From the NCBI GenBank assembly GCA_965242925.1, contig CBDEUM010000038.1, positions 160,001-224,000 on the forward strand: DNA of 64,000 nucleotides, in the 5' to 3' direction. The DNA comes from Roseibacillus sp. (lineage in GTDB: Bacteria > Verrucomicrobiota > Verrucomicrobiia > Verrucomicrobiales > Akkermansiaceae). The position numbers and the translations under genes are program-made. Positions within the stretch are counted from its first letter, which is position 1. Every line of letters begins with the position of its first letter. This document shows, in pieces, positions 23,101-31,100 of the stretch. The notes beneath the pieces were generated by a model that was given only the letters and a program-made list of their open reading frames with translations, was not told the DNA's origin and ran no database searches.

Positions 23101-23821
23101 CTCCGTTTCGATCGGGGATCCAGTTCTTCCCGGTGAGATACTCGCGATACCAGGCGCGGCGCTCCTCCACGGTGGTCAGGCTGAGATCCTTCTTTACGAG
23201 GTCCTGATGGTTGCGAATGTCGAGGCTGCTTTGCTTGCGGCGCCTGGCGGCAGTGACATAGGCCCTTCCCTGATCGTCCACGGAGATCGCCACCGTGTTC
23301 GCAATTGCAGGATCGGTAGCCCATTCGGTCACAACGAACTGCGGTTTCTTCCCGACATCCTGAACGAGGGCCACCCCGGGAGTAATGCCGGGAAGGTGAA
23401 TGGTGTGAACGTTGGCCCAGTCGTTCTCATTGCTGCCAAAAACCGTGAGGCGAAGCCAGCGGGCTTTTCGAGCGGGTAGTTTGTAGGTCACCACCCCGCT
23501 TCGGCTCTCGCTTTGCAGTTTGACCGGGTTGTTCCAGTTCTTCCCATCGTTGGAAGTCGTCATCTCGAACGAATAGTTCCGCTCTGCTGACTGGAAGCCG
23601 ATACCGACCGAGGAGAGCTCAACTTCCTGGTCGAGTTCGCACTGAATCCACGTTCCCCGGCCCTGCATGGCCCATCTGGTGCCGGCATCCTGGTCAAAGG
23701 CCTTGATGGCCTCGTTTCCTGCCTGCTCTCCGGCGGCAGTGATGGACTTGAGCTGGGCGGCAGATGCGGGGGTGAGGCCGAGGACGGCGGCGAGTAGCGC
23801 AACAGGGAAGATTCGATTCAT
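20195..23821 (-). CDS. PVC-type haem-binding CxxCH protein (dehydrogenase-like propeller + HEAT-like repeats + cytochrome c) with N-terminal discoidin/F5-8-type domain
   Basis: Start MNRIFPV with signal peptide; AFDQDAGTRW...WIQCEL discoidin pattern; GPDGRVYWSLGD, GERNAQELAFD; helical repeats; CIRCH...GPEL, SAMP. Confidence 0.88.
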   Translation of the reverse strand: MNRIFPVALLAAVLGLTPASAAQLKSITAAGEQAGNEAIKAFDQDAGTRWAMQGRGTWIQCELDQEVELSSVGIGFQSAERNYSFEMTTSNDGKNWNNPVKLQSESRSGVVTYKLPARKARWLRLTVFGSNENDWANVHTIHLPGITPGVALVQDVGKKPQFVVTEWATDPAIANTVAISVDDQGRAYVTAARRRKQSSLDIRNHQDLVKKDLSLTTVEERRAWYREYLTGKNWIPDRNGDGARDWRDLTVQKDSVIQVADKDGDGKGETIRTLGEFHTEVTGIAAGVLAVNSDVFVAAEPDFLRYHDSDGDGFPDAREVVATGFQVHMGQGGHNLSGVALGPDGRVYWSLGDKGHYVKTREGKIYHQPNSGGIFRCELDGSQVERYSSGERNAQELAFDAHGNLFSMDNDGDYPGEKERALYITEGSEHGWRLNWQWLRKQDFTRISGIAAYNPWMDERLFLPDRDDHAAYLTPTIGNFGPGPCGFTANPGTALSPDLSDCFFMTNQQGQVRVFRFLEKGAHFEFKEQAAIKGGRSNTGLAVGPDGALYSACYGGGRGSIFRFDVTEEHQHPARRDTQRILALDAEKIAPGKLPGWLGHPDQRVRMKGQLELARRNMSEALTEVLRNPEATRLARLHAIWGIGQISRRAPMALTSLEPAWQSDDPEVVAQCAKVAGDIPGHLPKIAGLRKHLLTALEHKSPRVQFFAAISLGKHKVEEAAPGLINLLATGGSKDPYLRHAAMMGLKGALSPARLASLHEHDNRTVRLAAIVALRNLRAPEITAFLEDGDELILLEAARAIHDDQSIPEALPALSQLLGRPGLTNEALMRRVINAAFRVGTYPALLQLEGYLKRREGSSRMKRTALASLLWWSQPPVLDAVEGRYRKHAPRDSKPANEAVSRLKVVIMEDNELREVLLNGVSVRGEASWLEGTSEHFGKLSSSLQIKVLDGLARTNSPDLGEFVQAALASDDPKVQEKARTYAAQAGVPMLDLLLGILEKKGSAGQGKAIKQLAEDKDPRARKKFASLVEQYRNGKADPRWKLELWQAAQAKGIKLPETSDRLEHGGDAERGKQLVTNHAAAQCIRCHKLGKEGGKPSTELTIGPELNRIGAQRDRKHLVASLLTPSSDISDGYGTVVLRTKEGEEVSGILSKKTDLFWTVTLANGKKRNLRPDEISSHILTSAMPPMVALLKPEEIRDVVEFLASLK

Positions 23822-23980
23822 GCTGGGACTTAGCGAGTGTTGGCTACCAGGTCTTGAATGTCCATCTCCCACGAGAGTCCGATGAGGGGACTCCGCCGGG
23901 GCGCGGGATGTCATGGTTGCTTTGGGTGCCGGAGAAACACGGGTATTGACCCCGATTCAGCAGGAAAGTATTCGGCCTGC

Positions 23981-24337
23981 ATGTCCAAGGTCACGATCTA
24001 CCATAATCCGCACTGAGGCTCCTCCGTAAATGCCCTGGCGGTCGCCGAGGAACTGGGAGTGGAGCATGAGGTGATTCTCTACATCAAGACTCCGCCGGAC
24101 CGCGGGGTGCTGGAGTTGATCGTGGAAGGCCTCGAGGATCCGGTGGAGGACCTGGTGCGCAAGGATTCCAAGTTCAAGAAGCTGACGCTCGATCCCGCTG
24201 ACTATGTGGACAACCCGGAGGCGGTGATTGAAATTCTTCTCAAGCACAAGCAACTCCTGCAGCGGCCAGTCCTGGTGCGAGGGAGGAAGGCGATCATCGG
24301 GCGACCCAAGGGACGGATCCATGAGTTCCTTGGATAG
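23981..24337 (+). CDS. arsC: ArsC (glutaredoxin-type arsenate reductase) family selenoprotein; in-frame TGA at codon 12 read as Sec
   Basis: ATG 23981 gives MSKVTIYHNPH-(TGA 24014-24016)-GSSVNAL..., in frame with ORF 24059..24337. The TGA sits at the Cys12 position of the YHNPxC motif; Arg60, Arg95 (QRP) and Arg108 (GRP) are retained. Confidence 0.88.
24018..24065 (+). promoter_or_regulatory. Putative bacterial SECIS element
   Basis: GCTCC (24018-22) pairs with GGAGC (24061-65); TCC pairs with GGA; upper stem CC-TGGC / GCCG-A-GG closes a GGTC loop (24040-43), 23 nt after the UGA. Confidence 0.75.
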
Positions 24338-24373
24338 GGCAGACTTGCCCGCTTGTAAGGAACAGCTTGCAGC

Positions 24374-25861
24374 TCAGGTCAGCAGGCTCTTCACGACGTG
24401 GCCGTGCACGTCGGTGAGTCGGTAGTGCCGGCCCTGGAAGCGATAGGTGAGCCGTTCATGGTTGAGGCCCAGGAGGTGAAGAATGGTGGCATTGAGGTCG
24501 TGGATGTGAACTCCCTTGGAGTCCTTATCCACGATGTTGTAGCACCAATCATCGGTCTCCCCGTAGCTCATGCCGCCCTTGATGCCGCCGCCAGCCATCC
24601 AGATTGAAAAGCAGCGAGGATGGTGATCGCGGCCATAACTGTTGGCATTGCCGCCCTGGCGGTAGACAGTGCGGCCGAACTCGCCACCCCAGATCACAAG
24701 GGTGTCCTCGAGCATGCCGCGCTCCTTGAGATCGCGGATGAGGGCGGAGGAACCCTGGTCGACCTCCCTCGCGATCCTCGGATGTCGATTGGGCAGGTTG
24801 GAGTGATGATCCCAGCCACGGTGGTAGAGTTGAATGAAGCGCACATCGCGCTCGGCGAGTCGGCGTGCGAGAAGGCAGTTGGCAGCGTGAGTGCCTGGAA
24901 TGCGGGCGTCTTCCCCGTAGAGTTTGAAGGTGCTCTCCGGTTCGTCCGAGAAATTGGTAAGCTCCGGGACGGACATCTGCATGCGGTAGGACATCTCGTA
25001 TTGCGCGATGCGGGTGGTGATTTCAGGGTCGCCGACGTCCTGGAAGCGTTCCTGGTTGAGCTTGGAGAGTGTATCGAGAAGTTCGCGTCTGTCCTTGAGA
25101 GGTGCTCCTGTAGGATCCTTCAGGTAGAGAACAGGATCGCCAGCCCCACGCAACTTAACCCCCTGGTGATTGGAGGGCAGGAAGCCGCTACCCCACAGGC
25201 GTGAATAGGTTGGCTGGGCCTGGTTGTCGGAATTCTTGTCGAGGAGAACGACGAAGGCAGGGAGATTGGCATTGGTGCTCCCCAGGCCGTAGCTGGCCCA
25301 TGCTCCGAGGGATGGTCGGCCCGGTTGCTGATGCCCAGTCTGGAAAAAGGTGATGGCCGGGTCGTGATTGATGGCCTCGGTGTGCATCGATTTGATGATG
25401 CAAATGTCATCTGCAATCTGCTGGTGAAAGGGCAGGAGGTTGCTGATCCACTGGCCGGATTGACCGTGCTGGCCGAATTTGGTGAAAGACTTGGCGGCGG
25501 GGAAGGACTTTTGACCAGCCGTCATGCCGGTGAGGCGTTGCTTCCCACGCACGGAGTCGGGAAGATTCTGCCCGTTCAGTTTCTCAAGGGTGGGCTTGTA
25601 ATCGAAGGTATCGATCTGAGAAGGGGCACCGGACTGAAAGAGGTAGATCACGCGTTTGGCCCTGGGGGCGAAGTGCACGGGTCCCGGACTGCCCGGTTCG
25701 TAACCCGGGCCGTTGTTCTCCGCCCTGGGAGCCGCGTGCAGTTGGGGAAGATCGAGAAGAGACGCGAGCGCAGCGGCTCCGATTCCCGCGGTGGTGCCGC
25801 GCTGGAGGAAGTGGCGGCGGGTGAGATTGAGGCGAAACTCGGTGCAGGGGTCGTGGGACAT
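24374..25861 (-). CDS. DUF1501 domain protein (Tat signal)
   Basis: TRRHFL; AKRVIYLFQSGAPSQIDTFDYKP, INHDPA, GWDHH, GEFGRT, GRDHHP, RLTDVHG. Confidence 0.94.
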   Translation of the reverse strand: MSHDPCTEFRLNLTRRHFLQRGTTAGIGAAALASLLDLPQLHAAPRAENNGPGYEPGSPGPVHFAPRAKRVIYLFQSGAPSQIDTFDYKPTLEKLNGQNLPDSVRGKQRLTGMTAGQKSFPAAKSFTKFGQHGQSGQWISNLLPFHQQIADDICIIKSMHTEAINHDPAITFFQTGHQQPGRPSLGAWASYGLGSTNANLPAFVVLLDKNSDNQAQPTYSRLWGSGFLPSNHQGVKLRGAGDPVLYLKDPTGAPLKDRRELLDTLSKLNQERFQDVGDPEITTRIAQYEMSYRMQMSVPELTNFSDEPESTFKLYGEDARIPGTHAANCLLARRLAERDVRFIQLYHRGWDHHSNLPNRHPRIAREVDQGSSALIRDLKERGMLEDTLVIWGGEFGRTVYRQGGNANSYGRDHHPRCFSIWMAGGGIKGGMSYGETDDWCYNIVDKDSKGVHIHDLNATILHLLGLNHERLTYRFQGRHYRLTDVHGHVVKSLLT

Positions 25862-25865
25862 GCTC

Positions 25866-28800
25866 TTATCCTTTGGTGATGGTTTCGCTGAGATTGAGAA
25901 GAATCCGGGCGAGGGCGGTGTAGGCGGCGTGCTCGGATGGTTTGAACTGGGGAGTGGGGGGCAGGGCGCCTACGGAGAGCAGTTTCGTGGCCGTCTCCGG
26001 CTCGGCCTTGTAGCGTGCCAGGTGCTTCTTGAGGGTCTCCTGCAGGATGGAGAGTTCCGATGGGCTGGGCTGACGCGAGGTGACAGTGCGAAATCCGAAG
26101 CGGAGGCGTGCTTTGAGAGTGGCACCACCCTCAAGTATCATGCGCTCAGCGAGAAAGCGGGCAGCCTCCACGAACTGGGGGTCGTGCATGAGAACGAAGG
26201 CCTGCAGGGGAGTGTTTGTGCGGCTCCGGCGCACCATGCAGAATTCGCGTTCGGGGGCATCGAAGGTAGCCATGGATGGAGGGGGGACGGTACGCTTCCA
26301 GTAGGTGTAGAGGCTGCGGCGGTAGAGGTTGGCGGAGTCTTTGGCGTGAGGATACGTACGCGAGTAGCCAGGGCGATTGTTGAGTTCGAGCCACAGTCCG
26401 CTCGGATGGTAGGGGTAGACCGATGGTCCGCCGATCTGTCTGCGCAGCAGGCCGCTGGTGAAAAGGGCGTTGTCCCGGATGACCTCAGCATCCAGCCGCA
26501 TCCTGGGGCCCCGGGCGAGGAGTCGGTTCTCGGGATCACGGGAGTGGGATCCGGCGGTGATGCGTGACGACTGCCGGTAGGTGGCGGAGAGGATGATGTT
26601 GCGCAGGAAACGTTTCACGTCCCAGCCGTTCTCGACGAAGTCGACCGCGAGGTAGTCGAGGAGGCGGGGGTGGCTGGGCCACTCGCCCTGCCGTCCGAAG
26701 TCCTCGCTGGATTTCACTATCCCGGTACCGAAGAGCTGTTGCCAGAAGCGATTGACCGTTACGCGGGCGGTGAGGGGATTATCTTCCCTGGTCATCCACT
26801 TTGCGAGGTCGAGACGATTCGCTGTTCGTCCCTCCGGGAGAGAACCGAAGAAGGAAGGAATGCCCGCCTCGACCACGCGTCCTTTCTTGTCGTACTCGCC
26901 ACGTTCGAGGACGTGGGTAGTGCGCATCCCGGGCTTCTCGGAGAGGACCATGGTAGCGGGGAAGGAGGTCTTCGTGGCCCCCTTCTCGCGCCGCAGGACA
27001 GCGAGTTCGCGGGCGGTCCGGGAAACTTCCGGTGAGCCGAAGCGCCCGGTGAGGTAGGCAGTGAGTTCGTCGCGCCGGGCGGGCGTGCGTTTGGCGGATG
27101 CGGTCTGGAGGATGGACTGAATGGCCAGGGGTATGGGGGGGGTCTTGCCGCGTGCCAGGGCGACTCGAAAGCGCCCGATCTGGTGGCTCTGTCCGTATCC
27201 TTGAACCATGCGCACACGCAAGGCTGCTCCCGCGGGGATGGGATTGGCGAAGGTGAAGACTGCTAATCGGTTCTCGGGCCTGGTGTTTCCGTCCACAGCC
27301 CAGCCGTGACGCCCGGCCTTGCCGTCGATGGCCGCGGCTATTCCGTAGTTCTTCTGTTCGTAGTCGGCCTCGGCGTGGTTAATCTTCACAGGGACGGGTC
27401 TGCCTCCCTTGAGTTGGTAGCTCACCTCAAACTCACTCAGGACAAAGTTGCCGTTGCTGCCCCGACTGGCTGATCCGGCGGTGAGGCTGGGATGGGTGAG
27501 GGCCTCCAGTCGGATGGCGGAGACCGGCCTTTGTAGTTCCTTGGCGAGAAGGAGGTCGTAGTTGTCCGTTCCGGGGTTTTTTCCGCTGGCCAGGATGCTC
27601 TGGTCTGCCAGTGCCTTTAGAGTTGTGCCGCCGGATGAAGTCATGCGGACCGGGACGCCTGCCTGCCAGGTGGAATTTAACTTCTCGAGGAGGTCTTTCT
27701 CCCAGTTGACGGTATCAGCGCCCGACTTCTCGAGAGCATCTTGATACGCCTTTTCCGCCCTGGTCAGGCGTTGCGGGAGATCGTTGCCCGCCCCTGCGAG
27801 AGGAGAGGGAGCGTTGACCTTGGGATTGAATCCGTTGAGTCCGCGTTCGGGGACCTGGTTGAAGAAGGCGAAGAAGCGGTAAAAGTCTTCCTGCGAGACC
27901 GGGTCATACTTGTGATCATGGCAGCGACTGCAGATCAGGGTGAGTCCAAGCCAGACCGTGCTGGTGGTAACCACCCGGTCGATGACATACTCGGTGCGGT
28001 ATTCTTCATCGACAACCCCTCCTTCGATGGTGATGGGGTGATTGCGGTGAAATCCGGTCGCAAGCCGGGTCTGGTCGGTGGCTTCTGGGAGGAGGTCACC
28101 TGCCATCTGCTCGATCGTAAACTGGTCGAACGGTTTGTTGGAATTAAAGGAGTGAATGACCCAGTCGCGCCAAACCCATTGGTCCCGGTTGCGGTCATAC
28201 TGATAACCGTTAGTGTCTGCGTAGCGTGCGGCGTCGAGCCAATAACGGCCCTGGTGTTCGCCGTAGTGGGGTGACCCAAGAAGGCGGTCGGCCGCTTTTT
28301 CCCAGGCCTGCGGTGACTTATCGGAGAGAAAAGCATCGATCCCGGCCGGGGTGGGAGGCAGTCCGTTAAGGTCCAGAGAGGCACGGCGCAACCAGGTGGC
28401 GCGGTCTGCTTCCGGAGCGGGCACGAGGGTTTCCTGTTCCAGGCGGGCAAGGACAAACCGGTCGAGTGGTTGGCGCGGCCATCCGCTGTCCCTGACCGCA
28501 GGGAGAGCGGGTTTTCGTGGGGATTCGAAGGCCCAGTGCCGGGAGAACTTGGCGCCCTGCCTGATCCATTCTTCAAGAAGATTGATCTCTGCCTTGCTCA
28601 AGGACTTGCCGCTCTTCGGTGGCGGCATGACCTCGTCCTTGTCGGCGGACTTGATGCGGTGGATGACATCGCTCTCATCCGGTTTTCCGGCGAGGATGGC
28701 GTGGAAGCCGTCGCGGTTCCGGAGGGCATCTTCGCGCACGTCGAGGCGCAGTTTGGCCTTGCGAGCCTTGGCGTCCGGTCCATGGCACTGGTAGCAGTTC

Positions 28801-28904
28801 TCGGAGAGAAGTGGCTGGATGTCGCGGGCGTAGTCGATCTCCCGACCCCACCCCAGGAACGTGATTGCGGCGAAGAAAACCGCCAGCATGGCGCGGCAAG
28901 GCAT
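25866..28904 (-). CDS. PSCyt1 + DUF1549 + inserted beta-sandwich + DUF1553 protein
   Basis: [32 protein letters not shown], insert with IRLEAL/GNFVLSEFEV, RRSLYTYWKRT, TNTPLQA. Start approximate (28904 or 28889). Confidence 0.92.
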   Translation of the reverse strand: MPCRAMLAVFFAAITFLGWGREIDYARDIQPLLSENCYQCHGPDAKARKAKLRLDVREDALRNRDGFHAILAGKPDESDVIHRIKSADKDEVMPPPKSGKSLSKAEINLLEEWIRQGAKFSRHWAFESPRKPALPAVRDSGWPRQPLDRFVLARLEQETLVPAPEADRATWLRRASLDLNGLPPTPAGIDAFLSDKSPQAWEKAADRLLGSPHYGEHQGRYWLDAARYADTNGYQYDRNRDQWVWRDWVIHSFNSNKPFDQFTIEQMAGDLLPEATDQTRLATGFHRNHPITIEGGVVDEEYRTEYVIDRVVTTSTVWLGLTLICSRCHDHKYDPVSQEDFYRFFAFFNQVPERGLNGFNPKVNAPSPLAGAGNDLPQRLTRAEKAYQDALEKSGADTVNWEKDLLEKLNSTWQAGVPVRMTSSGGTTLKALADQSILASGKNPGTDNYDLLLAKELQRPVSAIRLEALTHPSLTAGSASRGSNGNFVLSEFEVSYQLKGGRPVPVKINHAEADYEQKNYGIAAAIDGKAGRHGWAVDGNTRPENRLAVFTFANPIPAGAALRVRMVQGYGQSHQIGRFRVALARGKTPPIPLAIQSILQTASAKRTPARRDELTAYLTGRFGSPEVSRTARELAVLRREKGATKTSFPATMVLSEKPGMRTTHVLERGEYDKKGRVVEAGIPSFFGSLPEGRTANRLDLAKWMTREDNPLTARVTVNRFWQQLFGTGIVKSSEDFGRQGEWPSHPRLLDYLAVDFVENGWDVKRFLRNIILSATYRQSSRITAGSHSRDPENRLLARGPRMRLDAEVIRDNALFTSGLLRRQIGGPSVYPYHPSGLWLELNNRPGYSRTYPHAKDSANLYRRSLYTYWKRTVPPPSMATFDAPEREFCMVRRSRTNTPLQAFVLMHDPQFVEAARFLAERMILEGGATLKARLRFGFRTVTSRQPSPSELSILQETLKKHLARYKAEPETATKLLSVGALPPTPQFKPSEHAAYTALARILLNLSETITKG

Positions 28905-29047
28905 GCCGTCATTTAGCGACTTCCGGGAGGGCCCGGCTAGCACAATCGGGGCCGCCTGGTCTTCATTGGGGATGCTATCTGACCTCGCGCTTTTGCAGGG
29001 ATCCGGCTCCTGCAAGGCGGGGTTATCTTGTGACCCAGGATGGCGCC

Positions 29048-30265
29048 TCAGTCTACAAGCGCCTCGTAAACGAGCGGTTTGACGGTGGCGCCGAGGTCTC
29101 GCATGGGGAGGGCCTGGGAGAGGGTAATGACGGCCAGTTCGTCCCGCGGAGAGATCCAGAATTCGGTTCCGGCTCCCCCGAGCCATTCGTATTCACCGAT
29201 AGATGATGGTTCGGAATCGATCTTCTCCACCCGGACCGCGAATCCGAGACCGAATCCACGACCCTTGGGAGGGCGGCTGATGGGGTAGGCGGAGTCCGGG
29301 AGTTGATTACGGGTCATTTCCTTTACGGTTGCGGCCTTGAGGAGGCGCGCTCCGTCGAACTGGCCCATGCCGGCGAGCATGAGGCAGAAACGCATGTAGT
29401 CGATTCCGGTGGAAACCAGTCCACCCCCGCCGGAGAGGAACTTGGGAGGCTTCTCGAAGGTGAAGGGACCGGATGTGCCCGGTTGAGGCGCGGTAACGGG
29501 ATTGAGTTTGCGGTCATAGACGAGGGAAAAGCGTCCCCACTTCTCCTCCGGGCAGTAGAAGGAGGTGTCGACCATCCCGAGGGGCTTGAAGATCCGTTCC
29601 TTGAGGAACAGGTCAATAGTCTGCCCGGATCCCACTTCCACAAGATGGGCAAGGGCATCTGTCCCGAAGCTGTAGTGCCATTTGGTGCCTGGTTCCGAGC
29701 GCAGGGGGATGTTGTTGAGGCGTTCGGTCATCTCCCTGAGGGTGCTGTCGGCGAGAGAAGGGAATCCCGCCCTGCGGTAGAGACGGTCCACGGTGATATT
29801 GTTGGGAAAGCCCGCGGTATGGCGGAGGATGTCCCGGACAGTCATCTCATTCTCTGCGGGAGTGGTGCCAACCTTCATGGCATTGACCTTGGGAACGTAT
29901 TTCGAGATGGGTGCATCCAGTGCGAGTTTGCCTTCTTCCACGAGGATCATGGCGGCCACACTGATGACTGTCTTGGTCATGGAATACATCCGGACGATGG
30001 TGTCCCGTTCCATGGGTCTGTTACGGGCCCGGTCGTGCATTCCGTAGGTGCCGAAATGAATCACCTTGCCGTGGCGAGCGACAATTACGGAGGCGCCTGC
30101 GAGTTGGCCTCCTTCGATGAATTTCCTGGTCACGACCTCGTCGATCTTCCCGAGTTTGCCGGCGGACATGCCAACCTCGGCCGGAGAGGCAAAGGGGAGG
30201 CGGTGCTCGGCCTCGGCAGGAAGGGCATAATAGAGAAGGAGAGGGCAGAGGAAGCGACGGATCAT
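29048..30265 (-). CDS. Beta-lactamase family (class C-like) serine hydrolase
   Basis: Signal peptide; SMTK (SxxK), LRHTAG, WHYS, GGGGLVST, WLGGAGT. Confidence 0.9.
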   Translation of the reverse strand: MIRRFLCPLLLYYALPAEAEHRLPFASPAEVGMSAGKLGKIDEVVTRKFIEGGQLAGASVIVARHGKVIHFGTYGMHDRARNRPMERDTIVRMYSMTKTVISVAAMILVEEGKLALDAPISKYVPKVNAMKVGTTPAENEMTVRDILRHTAGFPNNITVDRLYRRAGFPSLADSTLREMTERLNNIPLRSEPGTKWHYSFGTDALAHLVEVGSGQTIDLFLKERIFKPLGMVDTSFYCPEEKWGRFSLVYDRKLNPVTAPQPGTSGPFTFEKPPKFLSGGGGLVSTGIDYMRFCLMLAGMGQFDGARLLKAATVKEMTRNQLPDSAYPISRPPKGRGFGLGFAVRVEKIDSEPSSIGEYEWLGGAGTEFWISPRDELAVITLSQALPMRDLGATVKPLVYEALVD

Positions 30266-30444
30266 GGGCAGGAGGGGCAACTGCTCCTTCTTAGACAGGA
30301 CGGGACCTCCTTTTGAAGTTCTTTGCTGAGTCCCCTTTGCCATGTCCGGGCGGTATCAGGGACAGGGAAGCTGGATCACACGATGATTTGGGACAGAGGA
30401 AGACTTTCTCTTGCACAACCGGAGCGGGGGACAATTCTCTCCTC

Positions 30445-31092
30445 ATGAATTCATTGCTTCCCCTGTTCGTCACTCTCTTACTGGTTGCGGGAGTCCTGGT
30501 TGCTGGTGCAGATGAGGGTTGTCCTCTCTTTAATGGAAAGGATCTGACCGGATGGCAGGGGATGCAGGGTCCGCCTGATAACTGGGGGGTCAAGGACGGG
30601 GTCCTGACCTGTACGGGAGGAAGGGGTGCGCAGTGGCTGGCAACCGGGGAGGAATTTTCGGATTTCGACCTGAGCCTGGACTTCAAGCTGCCGGTCAATG
30701 GTAACAGCGGGGTTTTTATCCGCGCTCCTAGGAAGGGAACACCTTATGTCGACGGGATGGAGATCCAGTTGCTCGACGATTATGGGGAGAAGTGGAAGAA
30801 CCTGAAGCCTGATCAATTCACCGGGGCAATTTATGCTGCGGTCGCGCCCTCCCGGCGCGTTACAAAGAAGGCTGGCCAATGGCAGACCATGCGAATCCTC
30901 TGTGTAGGCCGGAGTTGTTCGGTGTGGGTCAATGGTGAGCAGATCGTTGAGGCAGATCTCGACAAGGTGGCTGCAAAATACGGTCGCAAGGTGCCCGGCC
31001 TAAAGCGCAACTCCGGACTCATCGGGGTCCAGAACCATGGAGATCCGGTTTCCTTCCGTAAGATTGTCATCAAGAAAATCGCCCAGAAGTAA
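30445..31092 (+). CDS. DUF1080 (3-keto-disaccharide hydrolase family) protein
   Basis: LFNGKDLTGW, GNSGVFIR, EIQLLDD, G.IGVQNHG..V.FRKI. Confidence 0.92.
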   Translation: MNSLLPLFVTLLLVAGVLVAGADEGCPLFNGKDLTGWQGMQGPPDNWGVKDGVLTCTGGRGAQWLATGEEFSDFDLSLDFKLPVNGNSGVFIRAPRKGTPYVDGMEIQLLDDYGEKWKNLKPDQFTGAIYAAVAPSRRVTKKAGQWQTMRILCVGRSCSVWVNGEQIVEADLDKVAAKYGRKVPGLKRNSGLIGVQNHGDPVSFRKIVIKKIAQK

Positions 31093-31100
31093 TCGGAGGA

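Noticed and set aside
24014..24016. ArsC as a nonsense pseudogene, or a genome-wide TGA reassignment
   Set aside because: The stop falls exactly on the catalytic residue with a SECIS-like hairpin behind it, and TGA is a normal terminator in many other genes here (for example 12619, 16404, 55989).
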